Position numbers and translations under genes: made by a program. Shown one piece after another: positions 19,569-28,849 of a DNA stretch of 45,985 nt; the first letter of the stretch is position 1, and each line of letters starts with the position of its first letter. This stretch comes from Leptolyngbyaceae cyanobacterium (GTDB lineage Bacteria; Cyanobacteriota; Cyanobacteriia; Phormidesmidales; Phormidesmidaceae), in assembly GCA_050331235.1 (NCBI GenBank), contig JBHJHA010000084.1:1-45985 (forward strand), given 5' to 3'. Below the pieces are notes generated by a model. The model did no database searches. It saw nothing but the letters and a program-made list of their open reading frames with translations, and was not told the origin of the DNA.

Positions 19569-19695
19569 TCGTTATCCCCCGCAGATTAGAGTTGCTACCA
19601 GAGTCGTCGTAGCCGCATCGTCCAGGCTCTGACTCATCCGCCGACTGCATATCGTTTTGGCTGAGTCAGCAATCCTAGCAGCCATTTGGTTATCC

Positions 19696-20496
19696 TCAGA
19701 CGCCCGCCACTTCTTCCTTGGCCAGGGCCTCTTCAGCTAGTTGAATTTCTCGATCGGCTCGGTCTAACGCATCGGCGACGAGATCCGGTGACAGCAGCCC
19801 GGCTTCGACCAAGGCGAGAATCGCGACTTCGATTTCCGTGTCATCGATAACTCCGACCGCCATCAATGTGCGAATCGTCTCAGCGGCGACGGCGGAAGTG
19901 ACCAATTCATCTGCCATCAGCGCTTCGGCTTCCTCGGCCGCCTCGGTAAACGCCAGGGTATCGAGGACTGCGGCACCCTTGATTGCCTCGGTGGTGGCAA
20001 TTACCTGCTCAGCTTCGGCGATCGCCGCTAATTCGCTACCCACCATCAATACCGCATCGCGAGTGAGAATGCCCTGAGCCAGCAAGTGTCCCCCCGCATC
20101 TTGCACAGCTTGGGCCAAGCCACCAGCCCAACGATGCTCAAACAAAACGAGGGCCAAAGCGGAGTCCGGCTCCATACGTTCAATAACGGCGCGAATATCC
20201 GCTGCCGCAAGACCGCTGGGCGCATCAGAAGCGGAGACCTCCAGCTCATCGGTGGGGCTATCGGTAAGTCCGGCTAGGGTACTTAAGACCGAACCATACT
20301 CGGCCAGGTCAACCGCATCTAAGTCCGAGTCGGTCATAAGGGTGATGTCACCTGAATCCTCGCGATGAATAAACAACAGGTCAATCAGCCGAATCACGCC
20401 GCGACCACGGACAGCATCCAATTCTGCTAGGATTTCACCCTTGAAGGTGGGGTTGTCAAAGGCGATCGCGGCGAGTTGCAAGGGTCCAATTTTCAT
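19696..20496 (-). CDS. DUF1269/DUF6325-like protein with acidic helical C-terminal extension
   Basis: GPLQLAAIAF...GEILAEL...VIRLIDLLFI...PDSALALVLFEHRWA...GGHLLAQG pattern. Confidence 0.6.
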   Translation of the reverse strand: MKIGPLQLAAIAFDNPTFKGEILAELDAVRGRGVIRLIDLLFIHREDSGDITLMTDSDLDAVDLAEYGSVLSTLAGLTDSPTDELEVSASDAPSGLAAADIRAVIERMEPDSALALVLFEHRWAGGLAQAVQDAGGHLLAQGILTRDAVLMVGSELAAIAEAEQVIATTEAIKGAAVLDTLAFTEAAEEAEALMADELVTSAVAAETIRTLMAVGVIDDTEIEVAILALVEAGLLSPDLVADALDRADREIQLAEEALAKEEVAGV

Positions 20497-20596
20497 TGAT
20501 CAAATGTCCTTGAGGGGTTTCAGATGGCGATAAAACGGAGGCGTATAAACAACCAGTGGGCTGGTGGCGATGACAGCAGTTTCGCCACGCGAGTCC

Positions 20597-21265
20597 TCAC
20601 AAAATGTCGAGGCGGGAGCCCTTAGAGATGCCTCCCCGAGTTTTGTTGTTGGTGTTGTCGTGGGACATCATGTCAATCGTGACAGTAATCGCCAAAATCA
20701 ATGGAGCATCAAAGGCACTCTCCAACTCCACACCGTAGGTATCTCGCAGCCGAAACCACTTTTTGGAGATGACAGCCACCGGCAGCCGCTCTCCCCGCTT
20801 GGTAATGGTGTATTCGTGCTGCAGAATATTGCCCTTGGCAACCAAATTGTCGCCCCCAGGAATGTCAATCTTCCACTTATCGCGGATGGGAGAAATCAAG
20901 GCGTTGTGAACGACGGCAGCGCGATCGCCATTTGCCCGTTTGATGGTCATCGATTCGCGAATGTCGATAATTTTGGCTGCGATTTCATAAATTTCGCGGC
21001 CCTGCATGTCTTCAAATACCAGCTTTTGCCGCAGCCGCAGGAGTTTGCCGTCAACCTTGATCACTTTTTCGTTGCGCTCATTGGTAATGAAGAAGTCATC
21101 GCCAAAGGCAAACAAACGCTGCTTCATTTTGAAACGAGTGCCAATGCGCTGGTCGGCGCCTTCCCGCAGATTCCGCAGCGTGGCGCGGCGATCGCCACCG
21201 GCCAAGCCACTCGCAGATACGGCAGCTGCCGCACCGAGAGCACCCGCCCGCTGCATCCGCCCCAT
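20597..21265 (-). CDS. LURP-one-related/tubby C-terminal-like (scramblase-fold) protein
   Basis: MKQRLFAFGDDFFI...VDGK...GNILQHEYTI...ISKKWFRLRDTYGVE...LILAITVTIDMM. Start uncertain; ATG 21265 chosen over the track's 21421. Confidence 0.8.
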   Translation of the reverse strand: MGRMQRAGALGAAAAVSASGLAGGDRRATLRNLREGADQRIGTRFKMKQRLFAFGDDFFITNERNEKVIKVDGKLLRLRQKLVFEDMQGREIYEIAAKIIDIRESMTIKRANGDRAAVVHNALISPIRDKWKIDIPGGDNLVAKGNILQHEYTITKRGERLPVAVISKKWFRLRDTYGVELESAFDAPLILAITVTIDMMSHDNTNNKTRGGISKGSRLDIL

Positions 21266-21442
21266 AGCCGGAGCCGCATTGCCGCCGCGTAACAGACCGG
21301 CATTTTTCGCAGATTGTCTTTTTAACACAGGTAAACTCCAGAGGTAGTGCGGGCATTGAGTCCCGGAGCGACGGTCAAAAGCAAGGGTAGCCTCGGGACC
21401 GTTAACGTCGGGAGAGAGCAAACATCTCTTATCAGCGATCGC

Positions 21443-23819
21443 CTATTGCAGATCAATCGCGACTTCGTCGAGCTTGCCGGTAAAGGCAAAGGGCAGCTCG
21501 TAGCCCTCGGTCACTGGCGTTCCCGTATCAAACCCGACATCCAATGTCTCATCTAGGGTGACGCGATTGGGAATGCTCTTTTCGACTCGACCCTGGCCAA
21601 TTTTCCGATTGTTGGCATAGAGGGTAACGGTAGCTCCGGCATAGGGCTGATCAGCATCTGTTTTGTATGCCGCCTTGAGCGACACTTTCCCGGAGGGAAT
21701 GCGCTGATCTGACTCAATGTTGTACCGTTCCACGTTGGCCAGATTGTAGTGGTAAACAAGCTTGCCGTCCTTCACGAACAAGCCGTAACCGGAGAAGCGT
21801 CCCCCCAATGTGACCAGCATGCCCTCCGCCCCTTGGGAAGGCATCTCCACCTCAGCAGTAATAGTATGATCAACGTGCTTCAGGTCAGGAGACGAGCCTT
21901 CCGGCACGCGAATCCCCCGCGGATAGGCAAAGTGAGTCCGGCCGGCGGTGAGGCTGGGACGATTTTCGACATTGAGGCGGGCCGTCTTGCGACCATCCAA
22001 CGGCAACACGTTGTAACGGGCCGCTTCCGCATAGAACAAATCCTTCATCTCTTGCAGCTTTCTCGGCATCTCATCCGCCAGGTCAACAGCTTGGGTAAAG
22101 TCTTCGTTGATGTTGTACAGTTCCCAATCTAGATTTCAGGATGTCCTTATCACCGGCCGGTTCAGAAACCCAGGGGGGAGCCCACAGGGCGCTGGCCATC
22201 CAACCATCGCTGTAAATTCCTTGGTTGCCCAGCATTTCGAAATACTGGGTGGTGTGGCGGGTCGCCGCGTCTTCATCATCGAAGGTATAGACTAAGCTGG
22301 TTCCCTCGATGGGCTTTTGGGTGATGCCGTTGACCTCCACCGGTTGCTCAATCCCGATCGCCTCTAAAATTGTCGGGGCAATGTCGATCACGTGGCTGAA
22401 TTGGAAACGCTTGCTGCCGTTATCTTTGATGCGATCGGGCCAAGACATTGCCAGACCGTTTTGAGTACCGCCAAAATGAGAGGCAATTTGCTTAGTCCAT
22501 TGAAAGGGGCTATCCATGGCCCAGGCCCAAGCCGCGGGGAAATGGTTGTAATACATGGGACCGCCCAAATCAGCGATCGCCGCCACCTTGTCTTCAAGCT
22601 TTTCAGGCAACCCGTTGAAGAATGTCATCTCGTTCAACAGCCCGTTGAAGCCGCCTTCGGCACTGGACCCGTTATCCCCTGCCATATAGATCACTAGGGT
22701 GTTGTCGAGTTCACCCAGGGAGTCAATAGCATCCACTACGCGTCCCACTTCGTGATCGACATGGGCAGTAAATCCGGCAAACACTTCAGCCATGCGGGCA
22801 TAGACCCGTTGCTCATCCACCGATAGCGAATCCCAGGCGGCCAACGCCTCAGGTCGCGGTGTTAGCTGAGCATCAGCCGGAATTACCCCCATTTTCTTTT
22901 GCCGCTGGAAGGTTTCCTCGCGGTATTTGTCCCAGCCCATGTCAAATTTTCCAGCAAATTTCTCAACCCACTCACGGGGAGCTAGATGGGGGGAGTGGGT
23001 CGCTCCAGTCGAGAGATACACAAAGAATGGCTTATCGGGGGAAACCGCTTTTTCTTGGCGGATATAGTTAATCGCGTGGTCGGCCAAATCTGTGCTGAGG
23101 TGGTAAGGGGAGCCATCCCGGTTAGTCTTGGGCGCTTCGATGCGGGTGGTGTTTTCCACCAGGGCTGGGTTGAACTGGTCCGTATCGCCGCCAACGAACC
23201 CATAGAAGTAGTCGAATCCTAAGCCCCGGGGCCATCGATCAAAGGGGCCGGCCATGCTGCTTTCCCAATCGGGAACGTTGTGATTTTTGCCAAACCAGGC
23301 GGTTGCGTAGCCATAGGCCTGCAAAATCTGAGCAAAGGAAGCGGTGTTGTCGGGAATGATGCCGGTATAGCCAGGGAAACCAGTCCCCGCTTCGGTAATC
23401 ACGCCGTTGCCCACGGAGTGATGGTTACGTCCGGTGAGGAGCGCCGCCCGGGTGGGAGAGCAGAGGGCCGTGGTGTGGAACTGGGTATACTGCAGGCCAT
23501 TTTTTACGACGCGATCCATCGTTGGGGTAGGAATGCTGCCGCCAAAACTGCTGAATTGACCAAAACCTACATCGTCTATCAGCACCAGCATAATGTTAGG
23601 TGCATTTTCAATGCCAAACGTTTCTGTCAGATTGAGTTCTGATTTGACCGGTTCGGAGGTCTTGTAGGTGAGCCCAACTTTGCCAGAAAACGGCTTGGAA
23701 GGATGGGGCAAAATTTCTTGAGCCAGGGCCGGAGGCACTGCCGACTGTAGGGCAATCGCGACAATCACCATCCAGGCCAGGGTGAGTTTCCAGAGACGAG
23801 AGAGCATAGTGAGCCTCAT
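21443..23819 (-). pseudogene. Secreted Cys-type arylsulfatase-family enzyme interrupted by a 1-nt frameshift (real or sequencing error)
   Basis: LIDDVGFG, CSPTRAALLTGR and GKNH. At 22134-22136, CTG AAA TCT AGA TTG becomes CTG AAT CTA GAT TGG (LNLDWELYNINEDFTQAVDLA) on removing one A, joining the 578-aa and 208-aa ORFs colinearly with the paralog at 24767-27121. Confidence 0.85.
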
Positions 23820-23917
23820 GAATATGGCAGATATGGCGATCGCTGAAATCGGTCCTGGTTGGCTCGCAGGTAGAAAGGTGCTAAGGAAGTTGGCAGGCGA
23901 TCACAACACTTGTGGTC

Positions 23918-23950
23918 ACTATGCAAGCTATAGGTAAAGACCAGATAAAG
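23918..23950 (-). promoter_or_regulatory. Tandem 8-mer direct repeat (11-bp period) plus -10-like hexamer upstream of sulfatase 1
   Basis: Minus strand CTTTATCT-ggt-CTTTACCT-atagcttg-CATAGT. Confidence 0.6.
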
Positions 23951-24010
23951 AGCACCCCATCTAACGGCACTAACGTGAGGCGAATGTCCCGTAAAATGCG
24001 ATGACCGGAG

Positions 24011-24688
24011 CTAACTTAGCAGGGCAGCGATGCCCTTCCAAGTGAACAGCGTGCCAAACAGGAGTGAAACGGCAATGGTGATCGGGCGATTGTAAACAGT
24101 CAACCAATCAGAAGCTCGCTTCAAAAGCGTTTGCGATCGCTGCGGAGCCAGAATGCAGAGCAACAGGGGCAGCAGCAACAAAGATTCCGCCGCTAATACG
24201 TAAATCAAAAAGGCCACGATACTGGCGGCATTGCCCAATGCCGCATCTTTGATAGTGCCAATGGCCGATAGGGTAAACACCCACATCTTGGCGGCAACCA
24301 ACGTCAATACCACACCCAGCCCCCAAGTCTTGGTAGCGCTAGCACCATCCATCATTGTCATCCACTTGGGCGGGGGCGCATCAGGGTCAGGCTCGCTGCG
24401 ATAGGCCTTGAGAGCAGTGATGAGCAACAGGAGGCCCAACACCAATAACAAAGCGGCGATCGCCGGCGACGGTCCAGCACTCTCCTGCCCCGTAGCATCC
24501 GAAGCGCCAAAAAGATAGCCAAAGGCAAGGCCCTGAATCAACCGCACCAGTGTCGCCCCGGTCACAAAGGCGACTCCTTTGACCACTCCCCCCGGGCTGC
24601 GCAAAATGAGCAGCATCAGAATGATCAAGATGGGCACTAGGGCCGAGCCCAAGAGCATGGGTAGGAGCTGAATCAGGATGCTAGCCAT
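24011..24688 (-). CDS. GAP/Sap (sulfolipid-addressing, LysE-superfamily) membrane protein
   Basis: About 6 TM helices, LGSALVP..., PDAPPPKWM and LKRASDWLTVYNRPI. ATG at 24688. Confidence 0.75.
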   Translation of the reverse strand: MASILIQLLPMLLGSALVPILIILMLLILRSPGGVVKGVAFVTGATLVRLIQGLAFGYLFGASDATGQESAGPSPAIAALLLVLGLLLLITALKAYRSEPDPDAPPPKWMTMMDGASATKTWGLGVVLTLVAAKMWVFTLSAIGTIKDAALGNAASIVAFLIYVLAAESLLLLPLLLCILAPQRSQTLLKRASDWLTVYNRPITIAVSLLFGTLFTWKGIAALLS

Positions 24689-24727
24689 AGGATGTTGCCG
24701 GGGGAGTAAACGAGGGCTGGGCGATGG

Positions 24728-24760
24728 TGCCATCGGGCAAGCTATACCTACCCGATGGCA
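24728..24760 (-). other. Stem-loop immediately after the sulfatase 2 stop
   Basis: TGCCATCGGG-N13-CCCGATGGCA perfect 10-bp stem with no U-tract; probably a transcript-stabilising or attenuating hairpin. Confidence 0.5.
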
Positions 24761-24766
24761 GTCAGG

Positions 24767-27121
24767 TTACGACTTGATATCAAGCACCACTTTTTCCACC
24801 GTGCCGGTAAAGACAAACGGGGGCTTATAGGCGGTACTCACAGGCGCCTGCAGGTCTTTACCAAAGTCCAGCGACTCGGTGCCAAACCGACCGGGAACGG
24901 TTTTGGGAATGGTGCCTTCGCCTACCTTTCGGTTGTTGATATACAGCTTGCCGGTGCCGCCCTTACCGACGCCGCCATCATAGTCAAAGTCAAACCGCAC
25001 CTTGACGCTGCCGGTGGGCATGGGTTTGTCCGCGGCGATTGACGTCCGCTCTAGGTCAAACCAGTTGTAGTTGTAGGTCAAAGTATTGTCTTTAACGTAT
25101 GAGGTAAAGCCTCCGGTGGTGCCCCCTTCGGAGATGATGACGCCTTGAGCTCCCGACTTTGGCACTATGATGTCCGCCGTAATCGTGTGGGAGAGATTCT
25201 TGAGGCTCGGGGCGCTGCCTTCTGGAATTGAGGGCATGTTGCCCGCAAACTCAATGTGGTTACGTCCCGTGAAGAAACCTGGACGCAATGTCGGGTCAAG
25301 GCGCTCAGCAAAGCGATCGTCCAGGGGGAAGACGTTGTACTTTTTGCCCTCAGCGATAAAGCCCTCCTGCAGTTCGGCTAGCTTCTCCGGCTGCTCAGCG
25401 GACAGGTCAATGGCTTGGGTAAAGTCCTGGGTCAGGTCAAACAGTTCCCACGTATCTTCATCAAACGGGACAGTACCGGCGGTAATCCAGGGCATTCGGT
25501 TGTGGAAGGCCGCCGCCATCATGCCGTCTTTATAGAGAGCCCGGTGACCAAACATTTCGAAATACTGGGTTTCGTGACGGCCAGGGGTAGACTCAGCACC
25601 GCGATCGAAGGTGTAGACCAGGCTGGTGCCTTCGATCGACTTTTGTGGAATGCCGTTGTAGATGTCGGGCTCCGGAATACCGGCCGCCTCTAAATGGGTG
25701 GGGGCAATGTCAATCACGTGACTAAACTGGGGCCGCAGGCCGCCCTTTTCCTTGATCTTGGCCGGCCAGGAAATCACCATGCCGTTACGGGTGCCGCCAA
25801 AATAGGAGGCCACCTGCTTGGTCCAGCGAAAAGGACTATCCATGGCCCAAGCCCAACTCACGGCGTAGTGAGGTGAGGTTTCGGGACCGCCCCAAATGTC
25901 GTAGCAGCGACGATTGTCTTCTATGGTCAGGTTCAGACCATTCAAATTCAATAGCTCGTTGCAGGTGCCGATGAGACTCCCCTCAGCACTGGAGCCATTG
26001 TCACCGTAGATATAGATAATCAAGGTGTTGTCGAGTTCACCCAGATCTGCGATCGCATCCACCACGCGACCCACTTCGTAGTCAGTGTAGTCAAGGAAGC
26101 CAGCGTAGGTTTCCATTTGACGGGCCAGAATCTTTTGATCTGCGGGACTAAAGCTATCCCACGCGGGCATTTGCTCAGGGCGAGGGGTGAGTTTCGCATT
26201 GGCCGGAATCACGCCCAGTTTCTTCTGTCGCTCATAGGTTTCTTCCCGCAGCTTGTCCCAGCCCTGGTCAAACTGGCCTTTGTATTTGGCCACGTAGTCC
26301 AGCGGGGGTTGGTGGGGCGCGTGGACGGCCCCCGGCGCAAAGTAAGCGAAAAAGGGTCGGTCAGGCGCGGTGGTTTGCTCTTGCTTAATCCAGGCAATGG
26401 TTTTATCTGCAAGGTCGTGGGTGAGGTTGTAGCCGTCTTCAGGCAGGGGTAGTTCTTCGACCAGGTTCTGATTTTCATAAAGGCTGGGGTACCACTGATC
26501 GGTTTCGCCGCCAATGAACCCGTAGAAATAGTCGAAGCCTAACCCATTGGGCCAGCGATCGAACGGACCGACACTGGTGGTTTGGTTATCGGGGACGTTG
26601 TGGTTTTTGCCAAACCAGGCGGTGCTGTAGCCATTGCGTTGCAAGATCTGACCAATGGTGGCGGTGCTCGCAGGAATTAACCCTGTATAGCCTGGATAGG
26701 CAGTGGCGAGTTCTTGAATCGTGCCGGAACCGACGGAGTGGTGATTGCGCCCGGTGAGTAAGGCCGCGCGGGTGGGAGAGCACAGCGCCGTGGTGTGAAA
26801 GGTGTTGTACCGCAAACCGTTGGCTGCCAACCGATCAAACGTGGGGGTGGCGATCGGCCCGCCAAAGGTGCTCGCCGAGCCAAAGCCAGCATCATCAATC
26901 AGCACCAACAAAACGTTGGGGGCACCCTCAGGTGCTTCAACTGATTTCAGCAGGCTGGTATCAGTTTGAGACTCCTTATAGGTGATGCCAATTTTGCCAT
27001 TGAACTCCGGCTCCGGCCTGGGCAGCCTTTCTTGGGCCCAGGCCAGCGGCACGGCAGTCTGCAAGACCAGCGCCACAATTGCTACCCAAGTCAGGGTAAA
27101 TTTCCAAAGGCGATCGCACAT
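24767..27121 (-). CDS. Secreted Cys-type arylsulfatase-family enzyme with C-terminal beta-sandwich domain
   Basis: Sec signal ending AWA/Q; LIDDAGFG, CSPTRAALLTGR, GKNH, HAPH and GDNG. GAGG RBS upstream. Confidence 0.92.
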   Translation of the reverse strand: MCDRLWKFTLTWVAIVALVLQTAVPLAWAQERLPRPEPEFNGKIGITYKESQTDTSLLKSVEAPEGAPNVLLVLIDDAGFGSASTFGGPIATPTFDRLAANGLRYNTFHTTALCSPTRAALLTGRNHHSVGSGTIQELATAYPGYTGLIPASTATIGQILQRNGYSTAWFGKNHNVPDNQTTSVGPFDRWPNGLGFDYFYGFIGGETDQWYPSLYENQNLVEELPLPEDGYNLTHDLADKTIAWIKQEQTTAPDRPFFAYFAPGAVHAPHQPPLDYVAKYKGQFDQGWDKLREETYERQKKLGVIPANAKLTPRPEQMPAWDSFSPADQKILARQMETYAGFLDYTDYEVGRVVDAIADLGELDNTLIIYIYGDNGSSAEGSLIGTCNELLNLNGLNLTIEDNRRCYDIWGGPETSPHYAVSWAWAMDSPFRWTKQVASYFGGTRNGMVISWPAKIKEKGGLRPQFSHVIDIAPTHLEAAGIPEPDIYNGIPQKSIEGTSLVYTFDRGAESTPGRHETQYFEMFGHRALYKDGMMAAAFHNRMPWITAGTVPFDEDTWELFDLTQDFTQAIDLSAEQPEKLAELQEGFIAEGKKYNVFPLDDRFAERLDPTLRPGFFTGRNHIEFAGNMPSIPEGSAPSLKNLSHTITADIIVPKSGAQGVIISEGGTTGGFTSYVKDNTLTYNYNWFDLERTSIAADKPMPTGSVKVRFDFDYDGGVGKGGTGKLYINNRKVGEGTIPKTVPGRFGTESLDFGKDLQAPVSTAYKPPFVFTGTVEKVVLDIKS

Positions 27122-27228
27122 GTGAACCTCTTCAACACAAAAACTGAGGCGATCGCGCGGTCGAAAATTCTGGAGAACGTCAATACTGATGCATCGCTAG
27201 CCCCAGCGATCGCCCAATCTCAGTCCAC

Positions 27229-27261
27229 AGAATGAACGACCCAGGTAAACACGAGGTAAAA
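27229..27261 (-). promoter_or_regulatory. Tandem 8-mer direct repeat (11-bp period) plus -10-like hexamer upstream of sulfatase 2
   Basis: Minus strand CTTTACCT-cgt-GTTTACCT-gggtcgtt-CATTCT, the same architecture as at 23918-23950. Confidence 0.6.
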
Positions 27262-27329
27262 GATTTTCTCAAGGGCGTCACTGCGCTGACTGAACGGTGC
27301 AAGTTTGTCGTCTCAGACAAAAAGGACAA

Positions 27330-27971
27330 TCAAGCTGGGGTTTCAGAAGCCAGCACCTCGTACAGATGAAACTCATTTTCGGCTAGCCCGGTCCAGTAGC
27401 CGTCTTCTTTGCCAAAGCCCGGACGCTGGGTCAGCTTAAAAATGGCATCTTTGTCTGCCCACTGACCGTAGTTGATGACCCGTTCTCCATCGAGGGAGCG
27501 GTGAAAGTTTGCCGAGACCAAACCCGGCAATGACATGGCCAGGCCGACATGTTCCTTTGCGAGTTCCACCATGCGCGGTTGATTTTCGGGGGGCATGCGA
27601 AACTCCGCAAAATGCGCGAAATATTCTCCCGCAGTGATTTGAGGCGGGCCAACGTGGGACTCTGACGCCACAATTTCATACACGTGGGAATCTACCTCCT
27701 CGATTAGCTCCTGCAGCTCGGCCCACAGCGTTTGAGTATCCGGCAGGTTGCGAAATTGCTCTAGGGAGTCTAAGTTTTCCCACTGGGCATAGTTGGCGAC
27801 TTTGACGTCATCTAAGCTGCGATGCAGGTTGGCTGACACAAAACCCGGCTGGGCTTTGGCGATCGCAAACAGCCGTTTTACCTGGTCAATGACGGCGGGC
27901 TGCTGGCCGGCTTTGACTTTGAAGAGAATGATGACCGTCACAAGCTGATTGTCAGTGTCGAGGGCTGCCAT
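27330..27971 (-). CDS. Tandem antibiotic-biosynthesis-monooxygenase (ABM) domain protein
   Basis: Two repeats of PG(F/L)VSAN(L/F)HRSLD...(A/I)NY(A/G)QW. ATG 27971 preferred. Confidence 0.85.
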   Translation of the reverse strand: MAALDTDNQLVTVIILFKVKAGQQPAVIDQVKRLFAIAKAQPGFVSANLHRSLDDVKVANYAQWENLDSLEQFRNLPDTQTLWAELQELIEEVDSHVYEIVASESHVGPPQITAGEYFAHFAEFRMPPENQPRMVELAKEHVGLAMSLPGLVSANFHRSLDGERVINYGQWADKDAIFKLTQRPGFGKEDGYWTGLAENEFHLYEVLASETPA

Positions 27972-28140
27972 AGGAGAGGGCCTTAGCGAGGTTAGACAGT
28001 CAGATTGTAGAGGAGAGTTTGAGCCAGCATCACACCCTGCGTCGGCCAAACGGGTCCTGAGCCGGCTATTGGGGGACAGTTCTCCAAGTTTTAAGTTGTG
28101 TTACCGGTGGCGATCGCTCTTGGCTCCAGCCAGATTGGGG

Positions 28141-28785
28141 TTACTGATGGAGTTGGGTCAGGGCGTGGTGAGCGCGGGCACGAATCACGATTTCGGCATC
28201 TTGGTGTAGGGCTGTGGTCAGAGCCGCCGTGACTTGTTCATGCAGCTCCGTGTCCTGACTGCATGCCTGGGCAATGCCCGACAACCCGACGACGCTGGCG
28301 TAGCGCACCACCCATTCTGGATCGGCTAGTGCAGTTTGTAAGGCGCTGGCGGCAGCCAGTTGAGCCGGGCGGCGATCGCCGACTGGCAATTGCGACCAGA
28401 CAATAAACCCGAGGCCCTTCGCCGCGGCTCGGCGCACGCTGAGGGCAAAATCACCTTTAGCGGTTTCGAGCAAAACCTCCAGCGCCCGCGGATCGCCAAT
28501 CATTGCCAAAGCCCGAATTGCCCAGGCCCGTGCCCCATAGTTATAGCCATCCAACTGTGCCAGCAGAGACGGCACGGCTTCGGCACCGAGCGCCACCAAC
28601 CCATCCACAGCGGCCACGGCAGCCCCCGGATTGTTGAACCCCAACACTTGAATCAGGGTCGCAATGGCAGCGGGTGATTGGGCCGCTGACAGCGATCGCA
28701 CCGCCCCAATCAGCATTGGGGCCGAGTCAGCCTGGTCAACGGCGTGGATTAACGCTGGAATGTCAGAAGAGTCAGTCACAAACAT
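28141..28785 (-). CDS. cpcF: Phycocyanin alpha phycocyanobilin lyase CpcF
   Basis: HEAT repeats, LGFNNPGAAVAAVDGL, LDGYNYGARAWAIRALA and DFALSVRRAAAKGLG; lies after cpcE. Confidence 0.93.
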   Translation of the reverse strand: MFVTDSSDIPALIHAVDQADSAPMLIGAVRSLSAAQSPAAIATLIQVLGFNNPGAAVAAVDGLVALGAEAVPSLLAQLDGYNYGARAWAIRALAMIGDPRALEVLLETAKGDFALSVRRAAAKGLGFIVWSQLPVGDRRPAQLAAASALQTALADPEWVVRYASVVGLSGIAQACSQDTELHEQVTAALTTALHQDAEIVIRARAHHALTQLHQ

Positions 28786-28849
28786 CAAATAAAATCGCCA
28801 TGCAGAATTCAGCTTGAGCGAGTCAGCCAGGAACGGTCAACGCATTCCC

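Noticed and set aside
19569..19695. Fluoride riboswitch upstream of the CLC gene
   Set aside because: No GGCGATGG...TAATG consensus on the coding strand, only a CTGACTCA/TGAGTCAG inverted repeat; the CLC lacks fluoride-type motifs.
20564..21292. 242-aa plus-strand ORF
   Set aside because: Antisense to the LURP-one gene, which carries the recognisable family motifs.
21329..21336. Third copy of the sulfatase promoter motif (GTTTACCT) upstream of the LURP gene
   Set aside because: A single half-site with no partner at 11 bp and no -10-like hexamer at the matching distance.
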